DNA of 64,000 nucleotides from an uncultured delta proteobacterium (GTDB lineage Bacteria > Desulfobacterota > RBG-13-43-22), in the NCBI GenBank assembly GCA_963711835.1, contig CAVQFQ010000005.1, positions 224,001 through 288,000 of the forward strand, read 5' to 3'. The notes under the pieces are model-generated. The model worked only from the letters and a program-made list of their open reading frames with translations. It had not been told where the DNA came from and made no database searches. How positions within the stretch are numbered: position 1 is the stretch's first letter; every line of letters begins with the position of its first letter. The translations under genes were made by a program, and so were the position numbers. Of the stretch, positions 31,778 through 41,634 are shown one piece after another.

Positions 31778-32422
31778 TCAATCGGCAATCTCATAGCCTG
31801 TTTTTTTCAGTTCGGCGACGACCCGGCTCTTGGTGTCCGGTTGCTCGGCTTTGATCCGGATGTAAACCCGCAATAAGTCCGTCGTCCTCCGGGGCATGGA
31901 AAACACACTGGTTATATTAATCCCCAACCCTTCCAGCAGTGACACGATCTTACCTAAGGTCCCGGCCTGGAGGTCGACATTCTCCAGAGATATGATTTCA
32001 TTTTTTACATTGGTTCCGAAAATCTGGATCATGGCCTGATCAATCTGGGTTTGGGTAACGATCCCTACTAAATGGCCCTTTTCATCGATTACCGGGAATC
32101 CCCCGATGCCCTTTTCAGCTCCCAGTGCAATAGCATCAATGACCGTATCCTCCGGGGAAACCGTCAGGACGTTTTTCTTCATTAAGTCTTTGATCTTGAT
32201 CTTCATGATCAGATAGTTCAACTCATGAATACTCAAAGAGGTCGCCGAAGAGGGAGCAGCCTCAATCAAATTACGAAAGGTAACCATGCCGACCAGTTTC
32301 CCTTTATCCACTACGGGCAGATGGCGGATTTTATTTTCTCTCATGATCTTCTGAGCTTCTACGGCCAAGGTATCGGGCGTTACCGTGATCGGATCCTTGG
32401 TCATCCAATTTTTTATCTTCAT
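31778..32422 (-). CDS. CBS + ACT domain protein (AcuB-like)
   Basis: Two CBS repeats, PSSATSLSIHELNYL and an ACT-like C-terminus. Confidence 0.85.
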   Translation of the reverse strand: MKIKNWMTKDPITVTPDTLAVEAQKIMRENKIRHLPVVDKGKLVGMVTFRNLIEAAPSSATSLSIHELNYLIMKIKIKDLMKKNVLTVSPEDTVIDAIALGAEKGIGGFPVIDEKGHLVGIVTQTQIDQAMIQIFGTNVKNEIISLENVDLQAGTLGKIVSLLEGLGINITSVFSMPRRTTDLLRVYIRIKAEQPDTKSRVVAELKKTGYEIAD

Positions 32423-32597
32423 AGATGCCTCCTGGTATTCTTAACCTTTCCGGTCAAGATTCATTAAAGGATTAGGTGGAAAACTCCCGGTGGATATTAT
32501 TATGCCGGTTTTCGAAAAAATTAGCAAAATTGTTTCGTTAGGTCAACAGTAAAATAAAAAGACCTTTTGCGGGCCGGGCTTCTGGGGCAGGAAGGGT

Positions 32598-33245
32598 TCA
32601 GGCCGAATAAAACCTCAGATCGGGCAATTCCAAACAGGTCAGTTTATTCCCGTAGACGGCCCCGGTATCGATGCCGATCCTCCGGTTCAGGATAAAAGGC
32701 TGGGGAAAGGGGGTATGCCCGAAAATAATGGATTTTCCAAAATCAAATTTGGAATAAAAAAATTCTTCCCGAATCCAGATTAGATCAAAAAGATCTTGTT
32801 TTTCCAATGGAATATGACTCCGCAAGCCGGCATGAACAAAGATGTACTCCTCGACCTCGTAATAGGGCTGCAGGGCGTTGAAAAAATCAAGGTGCTCCTG
32901 GGGAAAAACAATCCGGGGATCCTTATGGGAGATTACGCGATGGCCCCCGGCATAACTGTCCAGGGTTTTCTGGCCGCCGTTATAGAGAAAAGGCTGGATA
33001 TTCCTGCCGGACAGGTAATCCAGGAACATATGCTCATGATTGCCTAAAAGAAAAACCGTTGATTTTATCTTCTTCTTCAATTCGACCAGGTAATCGACGA
33101 CCTCCTTGGATTGGTCGCCCCGGTCGATATAGTCCCCTATAAACAATAACACGTCCCGGTCCGAGTCGATCGGGATTTTGTCCATCAAGGTGATCAGTTT
33201 CTCCAGACAGCCATGAATATCCCCTATAGCGAAGATTCGATCCAT
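32598..33245 (-). CDS. metallophosphoesterase (PPP Ser/Thr phosphatase-like)
   Basis: GDIHG, GDYIDRG, GNHE, HAG, GHT and DTG. Confidence 0.92.
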   Translation of the reverse strand: MDRIFAIGDIHGCLEKLITLMDKIPIDSDRDVLLFIGDYIDRGDQSKEVVDYLVELKKKIKSTVFLLGNHEHMFLDYLSGRNIQPFLYNGGQKTLDSYAGGHRVISHKDPRIVFPQEHLDFFNALQPYYEVEEYIFVHAGLRSHIPLEKQDLFDLIWIREEFFYSKFDFGKSIIFGHTPFPQPFILNRRIGIDTGAVYGNKLTCLELPDLRFYSA

Positions 33246-33248
33246 TCT

Positions 33249-34229
33249 TTAATTCCACCTCATTATTTCCCGCCGGCTCTGCTGGTCCAATCGTTTAAGA
33301 CCGGCCTTTTCAGCCCAGGCCAGGGCTTGCCGGTATTCTTCGGGCAGCAGGCCTCGATTGATCAGGGGGTGCCTCAAGGCTTCTCCACAGGGGCGGTATT
33401 GATCCATGATATTGACATAGGTCTCCGGAGAAATCTCCCGGGCGATAAATTCCATAATTTCCCTGGTCCCGGCCAATTCCCGAGGCATGACCAGGTGGCG
33501 CAGCAGAATCCCTTTCCAGGCCAGCCCCTGGGCATTGATGGCCAAGTCCCCTACCTGACGGACCATCTCCTTAAGGGCCTCCCGGGCCCGGCCGGGATAA
33601 TCCGCTGCCTGGGTCATTTCTCCGGCGATCTTTTCATCCCAAAATTTAAAGTCCGGCATGTAGATATCCACAATCTGGTCCAACAACAACAGGGTTTCCT
33701 TCGACTCATAACCGCCGCAATTATAGACGATGGGCAGGCTTAAGCCTTTCGGGACGGCTATCAGCAGGGCCTTAAGTAACATGGGCACTACGTGGGTCGG
33801 AGTGACCCAGTTGATGTTGTGACAGCCGATCTGCTGCAACTGCAGCATCTTATCGGCCAGAAATTCCGGGCCGGCTTCCCGGCCTTCCCCTGAATGGCTT
33901 AGTTCATAATTCTGGCAAAAGAGGCAGCCTAAATTGCAATAAGCAAAAAACAGCGTCCCTGATCCGCCTCTTCCAACCAGGGGGGCTTCCTCCCCGAAAT
34001 GGGGGCCCCAACTGGAAACCCGGGCCTCCGGACCCGTATGACAAAACCCGGTTTCCCCTTGCAGACGATTCACCTTACAGGCCCGGGGGCAGAGACGGCA
34101 ACTGGACAAGATTTCCCAGGCCGCTTCGGCCTTTTCTTTCAGCATCCCGGACTGGAAGGCTTTGATATAAGACGGTTGATTCAATGCCTTATCCCTGGAA
34201 GGAACAGTCCAAAAGTTCGGCCCCGACAA
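33249..34229 (-). CDS. radical SAM protein (PflX-like)
   Basis: CRLCPRAC, HFGEE, CNLGCLFCQN (CxxxCxxC), DIYMPDFK and MDQYRP. Confidence 0.88.
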   Translation of the reverse strand: MSGPNFWTVPSRDKALNQPSYIKAFQSGMLKEKAEAAWEILSSCRLCPRACKVNRLQGETGFCHTGPEARVSSWGPHFGEEAPLVGRGGSGTLFFAYCNLGCLFCQNYELSHSGEGREAGPEFLADKMLQLQQIGCHNINWVTPTHVVPMLLKALLIAVPKGLSLPIVYNCGGYESKETLLLLDQIVDIYMPDFKFWDEKIAGEMTQAADYPGRAREALKEMVRQVGDLAINAQGLAWKGILLRHLVMPRELAGTREIMEFIAREISPETYVNIMDQYRPCGEALRHPLINRGLLPEEYRQALAWAEKAGLKRLDQQSRREIMRWN

Positions 34230-34429
34230 ACGTAGCTCCCTTTTAGCATATCTTCTTGCGGAGGGGAAGCAGAAAGGTCATTTTACATATCTTATTCAGG
34301 AGTTAATCGGCATCGGGCAAGCCTTTTTGATTGATTTTTTCCCTAACCTATACTATTTCTTTAATCGTGTACCTTCCTGAAAAGAAGGAAAGATTAGTTA
34401 GGAAGCGGCACAGGTTTGGAGGTTGATGC

Positions 34430-35563
34430 ATGGGGAAAAAAGCAATCCGGGTCGCTATCTGCGGGGTTGGAAATTGTGCCAGCGCTTTGATCCAGGGCAT
34501 AGAATATTATCGCCATAACCCCTCCCAAAGGGACGGGTTAATGCATCAAAACCTCGGCGGCTATCGGCCGGAGGATATCCGCATGGTCGCGGCCTTTGAC
34601 ATCGATCGCCGAAAGGTGGGCCGCCCCCTTCAGGAGGCTGTCCTGGCTCCTCCCAACTGTGTGGTGCCTATTTGGACTTCCCTTCCCGATTATGGGGTCA
34701 CGGTTCAGATGGGACCTGTCCTGGACGGGGTAGCGCCTCACATGCGGGAATTTCCTCCGGAACGGACCTTCCTGCCTTCCTCGGAGCAGCCGGTCCCGGT
34801 GGAACAGGTCCTGAAAAAGGAAAAAGTCGAGATCCTGCTTAATTACCTGCCGGTGGGATCGGCTCAAGCGGTGCGTTATTATACCGAATGCTGCCTTAAG
34901 ACCGGGGTCAGTTTAGTCAATTGTATGCCGGAGTTTATCGCTTCCGATCCGGTTTGGGCCCGGCGGTTCAAACAACGAGGCATCCCCCTGATCGGGGACG
35001 ATATTAAATCCCAAATCGGGGCGACCATTATCCACCGGATACTCACCCGTCTCTTCGAAGATAGAGGGGTCCGTATTCAAAGGACCTACCAACTTAATAC
35101 CGGCGGCAATACTGATTTCCTGAACATGTTGGACCGAAGCCGGTTAAAAACTAAAAAAATTTCCAAGACCGAAGCCGTCCAGTCCCAATTAAAAGAGCCT
35201 CTATCCGATGAAAATATCCATATCGGACCGGCTGATTATGTCCCCTGGCAGCGGGACAATAAAATCTGCTTCCTTCGTCTTGAGGCGACCAATTTCTGCG
35301 GGGTCCCCCTGGAATTCGAGGCCCGGCTGTCCGTCCAGGACTCACCCAACAGCGCCGGGGTGGCCATCGATGCCATCCGCTATTGCCGGGTGGCCCGGGA
35401 TCGGGGAGAGGCCGGTGTCCTCCTGCCCGCCTCGGCCTACCTGATGAAACACCCTCCGGTCCAGATGGAAGAAGGGAAAGCCCGGCGTCAAATGGAAGCC
35501 TATCTGGCCCGAAAACAGGCCAAGCCGAGAGCCGTCCCCCGAACCTCAATTAAACCGACCTAA
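34430..35563 (+). CDS. ino1: myo-inositol-1-phosphate synthase
   Basis: GVGNCASALIQG, NYLPVGS, GDDIKSQIGAT, YQLNTGGNTDFLNM and DSPNSAG. Confidence 0.95.
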   Translation: MGKKAIRVAICGVGNCASALIQGIEYYRHNPSQRDGLMHQNLGGYRPEDIRMVAAFDIDRRKVGRPLQEAVLAPPNCVVPIWTSLPDYGVTVQMGPVLDGVAPHMREFPPERTFLPSSEQPVPVEQVLKKEKVEILLNYLPVGSAQAVRYYTECCLKTGVSLVNCMPEFIASDPVWARRFKQRGIPLIGDDIKSQIGATIIHRILTRLFEDRGVRIQRTYQLNTGGNTDFLNMLDRSRLKTKKISKTEAVQSQLKEPLSDENIHIGPADYVPWQRDNKICFLRLEATNFCGVPLEFEARLSVQDSPNSAGVAIDAIRYCRVARDRGEAGVLLPASAYLMKHPPVQMEEGKARRQMEAYLARKQAKPRAVPRTSIKPT

Positions 35564-35601
35564 GGTAATCTCCAGGGATGCCTGGATAAGGAAATCCGCT
35601 C

Positions 35602-36237
35602 TTGCTTCGAGAAAGTAAGTTAGGGAACCGCTATCTGAAATGGATCGAAGAAGTCCCGGTCCCTTTCTTCTCTCGTCTGACTCTTAAACCCAATCATCTT
35701 ACGGGACTGGCCTTTCTTTTCGCTTTTCTGACCCTGCCGGCCTTCAGCTATTCCCTTTGGCTGGGGGGAATGGGGATCCTTCTATCCGGCGCTTTGGACA
35801 CCCTGGACGGCAGTCTGGCCCGCCGATCCAATCAACCTACCCGGGCCGGGGCCTTTCTCGATTCGGTTCTGGACCGCTATAGTGACTTTTTCGCCCTTTT
35901 CGGAATCTGGCTCTATTTCCTGATCCACTCCCCGGGCCATCTGATCCTGATAACGGGAATCCTTTTTTTCTGTCTCTTGGGGTCGTTCATGGTCAGCTAC
36001 ACCAGGGCCCGGGGTGAAGGCCTGGGATTGTCCGTAACGGAGGGTTTTTGGGGTCGGGCGGAAAGGGTGGTCGCCTTGGGGACCGGGTGCCTGCTGAGCG
36101 ACCTTTTCAAGGTTGCCTTCCCCGGCCGGACCTGGGCCGCCGATCATTATTTTATGATCGTCCTTTTGATCCTGATCACCTTGGGCACCCACCTCACGGC
36201 CCTGCGGCGGGTGCGCTATCTGATAAAGCATCTTTAA
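35602..36237 (+). CDS. CDP-alcohol phosphatidyltransferase (PIP/DIPP synthase-like)
   Basis: PNHLT, DTLDGSLAR...GAFLDSVLDRYSD signature and VSYTRARGEG. Confidence 0.9.
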   Translation: MLRESKLGNRYLKWIEEVPVPFFSRLTLKPNHLTGLAFLFAFLTLPAFSYSLWLGGMGILLSGALDTLDGSLARRSNQPTRAGAFLDSVLDRYSDFFALFGIWLYFLIHSPGHLILITGILFFCLLGSFMVSYTRARGEGLGLSVTEGFWGRAERVVALGTGCLLSDLFKVAFPGRTWAADHYFMIVLLILITLGTHLTALRRVRYLIKHL

Positions 36238-36336
36238 AAACTATTCCTCTAATTGTTAGCCTACGGGTCGATTCCCTCGATCTGAATCATAGGGCCTGAG
36301 ATATTAACAGCCCCAATATAAAAGTGACGTTACCCA

Positions 36337-36589
36337 GACAGGAGGGGCTGTTTTTTCTGAAGTCATTGACGAGAGGGAGCCGTCTTTTGTTCGCGTCCAA
36401 GACAACGCTTACACCCACCCCTCCGGGGCGGGACCCGGTTTCCGGACTTATCCATGGGGGAAACCGCAGCTCGCCCGCTGATTTTTAGCGGGGGAGAATG
36501 CGGAGGGGGTAAGGGATCCTCCATGGATAAGTTCGAAGAAAAGACCAGCCCGGAAGGCACAGACGGAAGAAAATGCAGCCCCTCCTGTC
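36337..36589. ncRNA. candidate structured RNA or palindromic element, about 250 nt
   Basis: Five nested stems, including GACAGGAGGGGCTG/CAGCCCCTCCTGTC (14 bp perfect) and GGACTTATCCATGGGGGA/TCCTCCATGGATAAGTTC. Confidence 0.45.
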
Positions 36590-36634
36590 AGTCAGTTACA
36601 ATAATGAGACTATTATTTCTTGGCCGATCAAAAA

Positions 36635-37411
36635 TTACCTGCGGTAGGGCGGCGGGTAAGGGGCATAACCGCGATCCCGGCCTTCGGGCCAAAACCGATT
36701 CCGAGGCTGCCGGCAGTCGATAATCCCATTACGACAAAGGGTTTCACGCCATTCGTATTTCAGGAAATGCTGCTCAACCGCAACATCCTCGGCTTCGAAA
36801 TCCACCCGAACTGAAGGCGAGTATTTTCCTTCCCCAAAACCGGTTCCCGGCTCTTCCCTGGCCTGCATCTTAGGCGAAGGGGCGCTCCTTCTCAACCCTT
36901 CCTGATCCTTGGTCTCCCCTCTCCTCTCATAGATGGGTTCGGGAGGCCTTTTCTCGGGGAAGACGGCTATGGCAATGACCCCCATGGCCGAATGATCGCC
37001 CCAGGCGCCGGCATAAGAATCAGGGGCGGAGGTGAAATAAAAACGATTGACCTGATTTTGGGACGTCCGCCAGCCGTCATAAACCGCCGAGGCATAAGGA
37101 TCCAAAATGTACATGCGCTCATTCCTCTTGAGAAAGGATTTCTTCCCCGAAATAATATTGCGGCCGTCCACGGCGATCACCAATCCGATCCTTAAATCGC
37201 TGTTGTTTCGGACCCTGATCCCATAGCGTTCCCCTTTAACCGCTTCCACATAAGCCCGGTAGGTATGGGGTCTTTCAGGCGAAGTCCCATAAATCGGAAG
37301 ACGATATTGGTTGTTGCCCAACAGCTCCACTTCCAACAGCGCCCCCTGGGAAAAGGCGGGGGAAGCGACCCCCAGTACCACCAGCAAAAGCAAAAAATTG
37401 AATCGTTTCAT
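36635..37411 (-). CDS. secreted hypothetical protein
   Basis: 258 aa, Sec-type signal peptide (VASPAFS-Q), GAGAGG SD; AVDGRNIISG, GVIAIAVF and GTGFGE blocks. Confidence 0.75.
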   Translation of the reverse strand: MKRFNFLLLLVVLGVASPAFSQGALLEVELLGNNQYRLPIYGTSPERPHTYRAYVEAVKGERYGIRVRNNSDLRIGLVIAVDGRNIISGKKSFLKRNERMYILDPYASAVYDGWRTSQNQVNRFYFTSAPDSYAGAWGDHSAMGVIAIAVFPEKRPPEPIYERRGETKDQEGLRRSAPSPKMQAREEPGTGFGEGKYSPSVRVDFEAEDVAVEQHFLKYEWRETLCRNGIIDCRQPRNRFWPEGRDRGYAPYPPPYRR

Positions 37412-37532
37412 CGGCGACCACCTCTCTTACTACATATATTCCTGCTTTACCGTTTATCGGTAGTTTGCTAAGTTTAGACTTGTATAGCGTAATTTTGGTT
37501 AAATTTAAAACTGCTTTCATTGCCTTCCGGCT

Positions 37533-39473
37533 TTGCAAGAAGACGATCCAAATCAGACGGTGGAAAAATATTCCCAGCCTATTTTAGCCTTAATCCTTCT
37601 GGCCGGGGCCTTGCTGACGGGCGCTTACCTTTTTCAGCTTCATCAGACCCCCTTTGCCGACCTCCTGATGGTGGATGCCAAGACCTATCACCTTAAGGCC
37701 CTGACGATCCTCCAGGAAGGCTGGATAGGCAAGAACGTTTCCTACCAGGCCCCTCTATACCCCTATTTCCTGGCCGTTATCTATACCCTGTTCGGGGTTA
37801 ATTGGTTAGGGGTTCAAATTCTTCAGGCCGCCCTGTTTCTATTGACCATCCTGATTCTCTACCGCCTGGGATCCGACCTTTTTGATACCAAAGTCGGCCT
37901 CCTGTGTGCGGCCCTGATGGCGTTTTATGGGGTGGTAATCTATTACACCGGTCTGCTCCTGAAAACCACTCTCTCGGTTTTTTTTACCGGTTTATTTCTT
38001 TTGACTCTTCTCAAGGCCGAAAAGTTCCGCAGCAGATTATTTTTTTTCCTGGGGGGGCTGCTCCTTGGCCTCCTTATGACCCTTCGGGAAAACATGGCCC
38101 TGGTCCTGCCGGCTATTTTGGTCTGGATCATATTCCTTTCACGACCGGATCTTAAGAGGCACTACCGGTCAAGAATCATGGCGGCCGTTCTATTTCTCTG
38201 CGGCCTTCTGCTCTTTCTCTCCCCTTTTATTCTTAGAAATTATATTCATTCCGGCGAGCTTATCATCACCAGCTACCAGGGCGGGGCCAATTTTTATCTT
38301 GGGAATAACCCCTCCTCCAGAGGTTTCTATACCCGCCTGCCCTTTGTCAGGGCCAATCCGGAATGGGAGGAAAAGGATTTTAAAGCCGAGGCCGAAAAAA
38401 GAACCGGCCGGCCTCTCTCTCCCAGCCAGGTATCCCGGTTCTGGTTTCGGCAGGCCTGGGGACATTTCCAGGAAGATCCTTTTCTGTTTCCCAAGCTCTT
38501 TCTGCTCAAGATTTACATCCTCTTCAACAATTACGAAGTCCCGGACAACTATGATTTCGCCTTTATGAAGAGCCTCACCCCTTCCCTAAAGGGGGGTTTT
38601 ATCTCGTATGGCCTGATCCTGCCCTTGGCTTTGATGGGCCTTTTTCTCTCCCGCAAAAAATCGTCTTCATTCCTCCTCTTATATATTTTCTTAATCGGCT
38701 ATGCCCTTTCGGTCATCCTTTTTTATGTAAATTCCCGCTACCGGATGCCGCTGGTCCCGGCCCTAATCCCCTTTGCCGCCTATACCCTGATGGAAGGCCG
38801 GGCAAAATGGCGGGTCTGGAAGGGAAAGGAAAAAATGCTGGCCCTGCTGGTGTTCCTTTTCTTAAACCTCCTGACTTTCAGTCCCACCATCGGAAATTCT
38901 GATTTTTCCTTTCCCCATTTCAAGCTCGGCCTTGAATATGAAAAAAAAGGGCTTTGGGATCAGGCCCTCTTGGAATTTCGCCGGGCCCTGGCCCTACAGC
39001 CGGAATTCCCCTGGGCCAACCATGGCCTGGGGAGGGTCTTGGAAAGAAAAGGGGAAATCGATTCGGCTGTCCTGGAATATCAAAAGGCCCTGCAAAACAA
39101 TCCCGATTATTGGGAAGCTCGGGTTAATCTGGCCATTGCCCTGGGAAAGAAAGGCCGGATCGAGGACGCTCTGGCGGAATACCGGAAGATCCTGACCCTA
39201 AAACCCGATCTCCCGGAAGCCCATAATAATCTGGGCGCTTTATACGAGCAAAAAGGATGGCTCGAACCGGCGGCCCAGGCCTATAAAAAAGCCATCCAAC
39301 TGCGCCCCGGCTTTGTCGAGGCCCATAATAATCTGGGGGTCTTTTATCTTAAGCAGGGCCGTCTTCAGCAAGCCGAGTATGAATTCAAGCTGGCCTTAAA
39401 ACTCTACCCCAACCACCCCATCGTCCAAGCCAACCTGGAGAAGCTGAAGGTCATGCCGAAAAGCCGTCCTTAG
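37533..39473 (+). CDS. GT-C (GT39/PMT-like) membrane glycosyltransferase fused to C-terminal TPR repeats
   Basis: Multi-TM N-terminus with DAKTY, YQAPLYPYFLA, NFYLGNN and RYRMP; TPR repeats (EAHNNLG); start uncertain. Confidence 0.75.
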   Translation: MQEDDPNQTVEKYSQPILALILLAGALLTGAYLFQLHQTPFADLLMVDAKTYHLKALTILQEGWIGKNVSYQAPLYPYFLAVIYTLFGVNWLGVQILQAALFLLTILILYRLGSDLFDTKVGLLCAALMAFYGVVIYYTGLLLKTTLSVFFTGLFLLTLLKAEKFRSRLFFFLGGLLLGLLMTLRENMALVLPAILVWIIFLSRPDLKRHYRSRIMAAVLFLCGLLLFLSPFILRNYIHSGELIITSYQGGANFYLGNNPSSRGFYTRLPFVRANPEWEEKDFKAEAEKRTGRPLSPSQVSRFWFRQAWGHFQEDPFLFPKLFLLKIYILFNNYEVPDNYDFAFMKSLTPSLKGGFISYGLILPLALMGLFLSRKKSSSFLLLYIFLIGYALSVILFYVNSRYRMPLVPALIPFAAYTLMEGRAKWRVWKGKEKMLALLVFLFLNLLTFSPTIGNSDFSFPHFKLGLEYEKKGLWDQALLEFRRALALQPEFPWANHGLGRVLERKGEIDSAVLEYQKALQNNPDYWEARVNLAIALGKKGRIEDALAEYRKILTLKPDLPEAHNNLGALYEQKGWLEPAAQAYKKAIQLRPGFVEAHNNLGVFYLKQGRLQQAEYEFKLALKLYPNHPIVQANLEKLKVMPKSRP

Positions 39474-39496
39474 GGGCCAACAGGGAGTCGGCCCCC

Positions 39497-40603
39497 TTAA
39501 AGCCCCAAAGGCTGCATGAATTCTTTTTCAAAGACCTTGGACAGACGGTCGGCGTTGGAAGGGCTGAGGTCGGCGAATATCTCCCGGATCCGCCGGCCCT
39601 GCTGAACGAACCGCTGCCTGGCCTTTTCCCGAACCTCCTCAATGGCCGGCCAGTTTTCGTCTTCCCTGAATTGCCTTACCGCCGGAATGATATCCGGGAA
39701 GAGGGCCTTGGCCATCCCTTTGAGATTGGAAAGGTAAAAAGCCAGTGATCCTTTCCGCTCTTCCCCAATGATAAAAGGGAGGGTGCCGGCAGGGTGGGTA
39801 TCGGCCAGGAGATCCTTCAGACTGCGCAGGTAAATCTCAATCCTGGTCTGCGGATAGGTTGACAGGATCCGGCGCCAGATCCCTTGAGGAAGGGTCCGGT
39901 CTTTGGCCTCCCCTAATTCATGGTAAAGAAAGGCCGGCATTTCCCTTTGGACCAGGCCTTCCAATTGCTTCCCTGGAGGGCCGCCCCAATCCCAGCCATA
40001 ATAAGAGAGGGCCAGGGCCGTAGCCTGCCGTTCAAACTGCTCCGTTTCCTGAATCTTCCCCCACAAAAAGAACCGCAAAGGCTCCAGCCGGATGACAATG
40101 GTCTTCCCCTGCCTCAAGGCCGGCATTAGAAAAAGATCGCAGGCATATTCCCGATCCAGGACAATAACCTGAAAGCCCTGGATGGAAAAGCGTTTTTGAA
40201 CCCGGCCCAGGAAAAAGGCCGGCTTCAATCCCCTTCCGAAACCGGCGCCATAAAACAACCCTAAAGGCAGGAGGCGCTGGTTGATTTTGTGGCTGTTCAA
40301 TATATCAAAAGGCTTTTTATCAATCCGCAGGGAGTGGAAAGGGGCTTCCAGGGATTGCCCCCAAAGGGCCTCCTTCTGTTCGATCCAGGCCAGCAACTGC
40401 TCCTTGGAGATGGCGCTCCAGGGGGCCAGCCCCTGTTCCCAGAGATAAAGATCCTTCAGCCGCAGAAACAAACCGCATAAGGAATACAAACCGCTATGAA
40501 CGGCATCCGAGATAAGGCAGTTGGCCCGGATGGCCGGCAGGATTTCCCTGAGAACCTTTCTGCGGGCGGAAGAACGCGTCTTGCTTCGGTCAGCGGCATT
40601 CAT
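39497..40603 (-). CDS. conserved hypothetical protein
   Basis: 368-aa ORF with NCLISDA, YSLCGLFLRL, YGAGFGRG and HELGE (HExxE). Confidence 0.7.
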   Translation of the reverse strand: MNAADRSKTRSSARRKVLREILPAIRANCLISDAVHSGLYSLCGLFLRLKDLYLWEQGLAPWSAISKEQLLAWIEQKEALWGQSLEAPFHSLRIDKKPFDILNSHKINQRLLPLGLFYGAGFGRGLKPAFFLGRVQKRFSIQGFQVIVLDREYACDLFLMPALRQGKTIVIRLEPLRFFLWGKIQETEQFERQATALALSYYGWDWGGPPGKQLEGLVQREMPAFLYHELGEAKDRTLPQGIWRRILSTYPQTRIEIYLRSLKDLLADTHPAGTLPFIIGEERKGSLAFYLSNLKGMAKALFPDIIPAVRQFREDENWPAIEEVREKARQRFVQQGRRIREIFADLSPSNADRLSKVFEKEFMQPLGL

Positions 40604-40677
40604 AAACTATAAATCCCTTGACGTGTTTAATAAAATATATTTTAGTGGCTTTAGCTCGATTCTTCAAGGGGAACTGT

Positions 40678-41634
40678 GTGATCAAAAATTACAGGCTTCT
40701 TTTCAGCCTCTTCTTTTGCTGTTTGGGTCTATTAGGCCCTGAGTTGCCTCCGGCCGAGGCCTCTCCAAAAGAACTGCGGCTGGTCTGCACCATCCTGCCG
40801 GTTTATTGTTTTACACTTAATATCGTAGGGCAGACCCCGGGAGTCAAGGTAGAACTGCTCCTGCCCCCGACGCAAGGCTGTCCCCATGATTATGACCTGA
40901 CTCCCGGTGACCTGATCAGGCTTTCCCGGGCCGACCTGATCATAGCCAACGGATTGGGAATGGAGGAATTCCTGGACAAACCTTTGCGCCTTGCCAATCC
41001 TCAGGCCAAACTGATCCTGGCCGCGGCCGGGGTGCCTCCTATTTCAGGCCCTCATCCGGAGCAGCCCAAATCCCTGCCTAAGCCCCGGGCGCATTCGGAG
41101 CATTCCCATCCCCAGGCCTTAAACGGCCATGCCTGGACCAGCCCCCTGGCCGCTCTGACCATGGTGGAAACCATCGCCCGGGGATTAGCTCACAACGATC
41201 CCGGCCGAGCGGCCTTTTACCTTGAAAATGCCAAGGGCTATTCTTTGCGGCTGCTGGCTCTCTTCGAGGAAATGAAAGGGATCACGGCGGCTTCCAGGAA
41301 CAACCGGGTGGTCACTTTTCATGATGGGTTCGACTATCTGGCCCGTGATATCGGTCTGGAGGTAGTGGGGGTTATTCAATCCCGGTTGGGCGCAGAACCT
41401 TCGCCCAGGGACCTGGCTCGCTTGATCAACCGGGTTAAGATCCGCCGGCCGGCTGCCATTTTCTCCGAACCCCAATACTCGGATCGGATGGCCCGGACCC
41501 TGTCCCGGGAAACCGGCGTTCCGGTCTATATGCTCGACCCGGTGGCTACCGGCCAACCGAATGCCCAAACCTATGAAAAGGCCCAGACGCGGAATATCAG
41601 CGTCTTGCGTCAGGCCCTGAAAGGTTCCTTATGA
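40678..41634 (+). CDS. znuA: Zn/Mn ABC transporter substrate-binding protein
   Basis: CPHDY, NGLGME, His-rich loop, HAWTSP, FHDGFDY and FSEPQ. Confidence 0.85.
   Translation: MIKNYRLLFSLFFCCLGLLGPELPPAEASPKELRLVCTILPVYCFTLNIVGQTPGVKVELLLPPTQGCPHDYDLTPGDLIRLSRADLIIANGLGMEEFLDKPLRLANPQAKLILAAAGVPPISGPHPEQPKSLPKPRAHSEHSHPQALNGHAWTSPLAALTMVETIARGLAHNDPGRAAFYLENAKGYSLRLLALFEEMKGITAASRNNRVVTFHDGFDYLARDIGLEVVGVIQSRLGAEPSPRDLARLINRVKIRRPAAIFSEPQYSDRMARTLSRETGVPVYMLDPVATGQPNAQTYEKAQTRNISVLRQALKGSL

Noticed and set aside
36337-36589. tmRNA, SRP RNA, RNase P or 6S identity for the structured element (GGGGCTG...CAGCCCC ends)
   Set aside because: No T-arm or CCA at the 3' end and too short for tmRNA; SRP and RNase P signature motifs absent; 6S not supported by size or context, though not formally excluded
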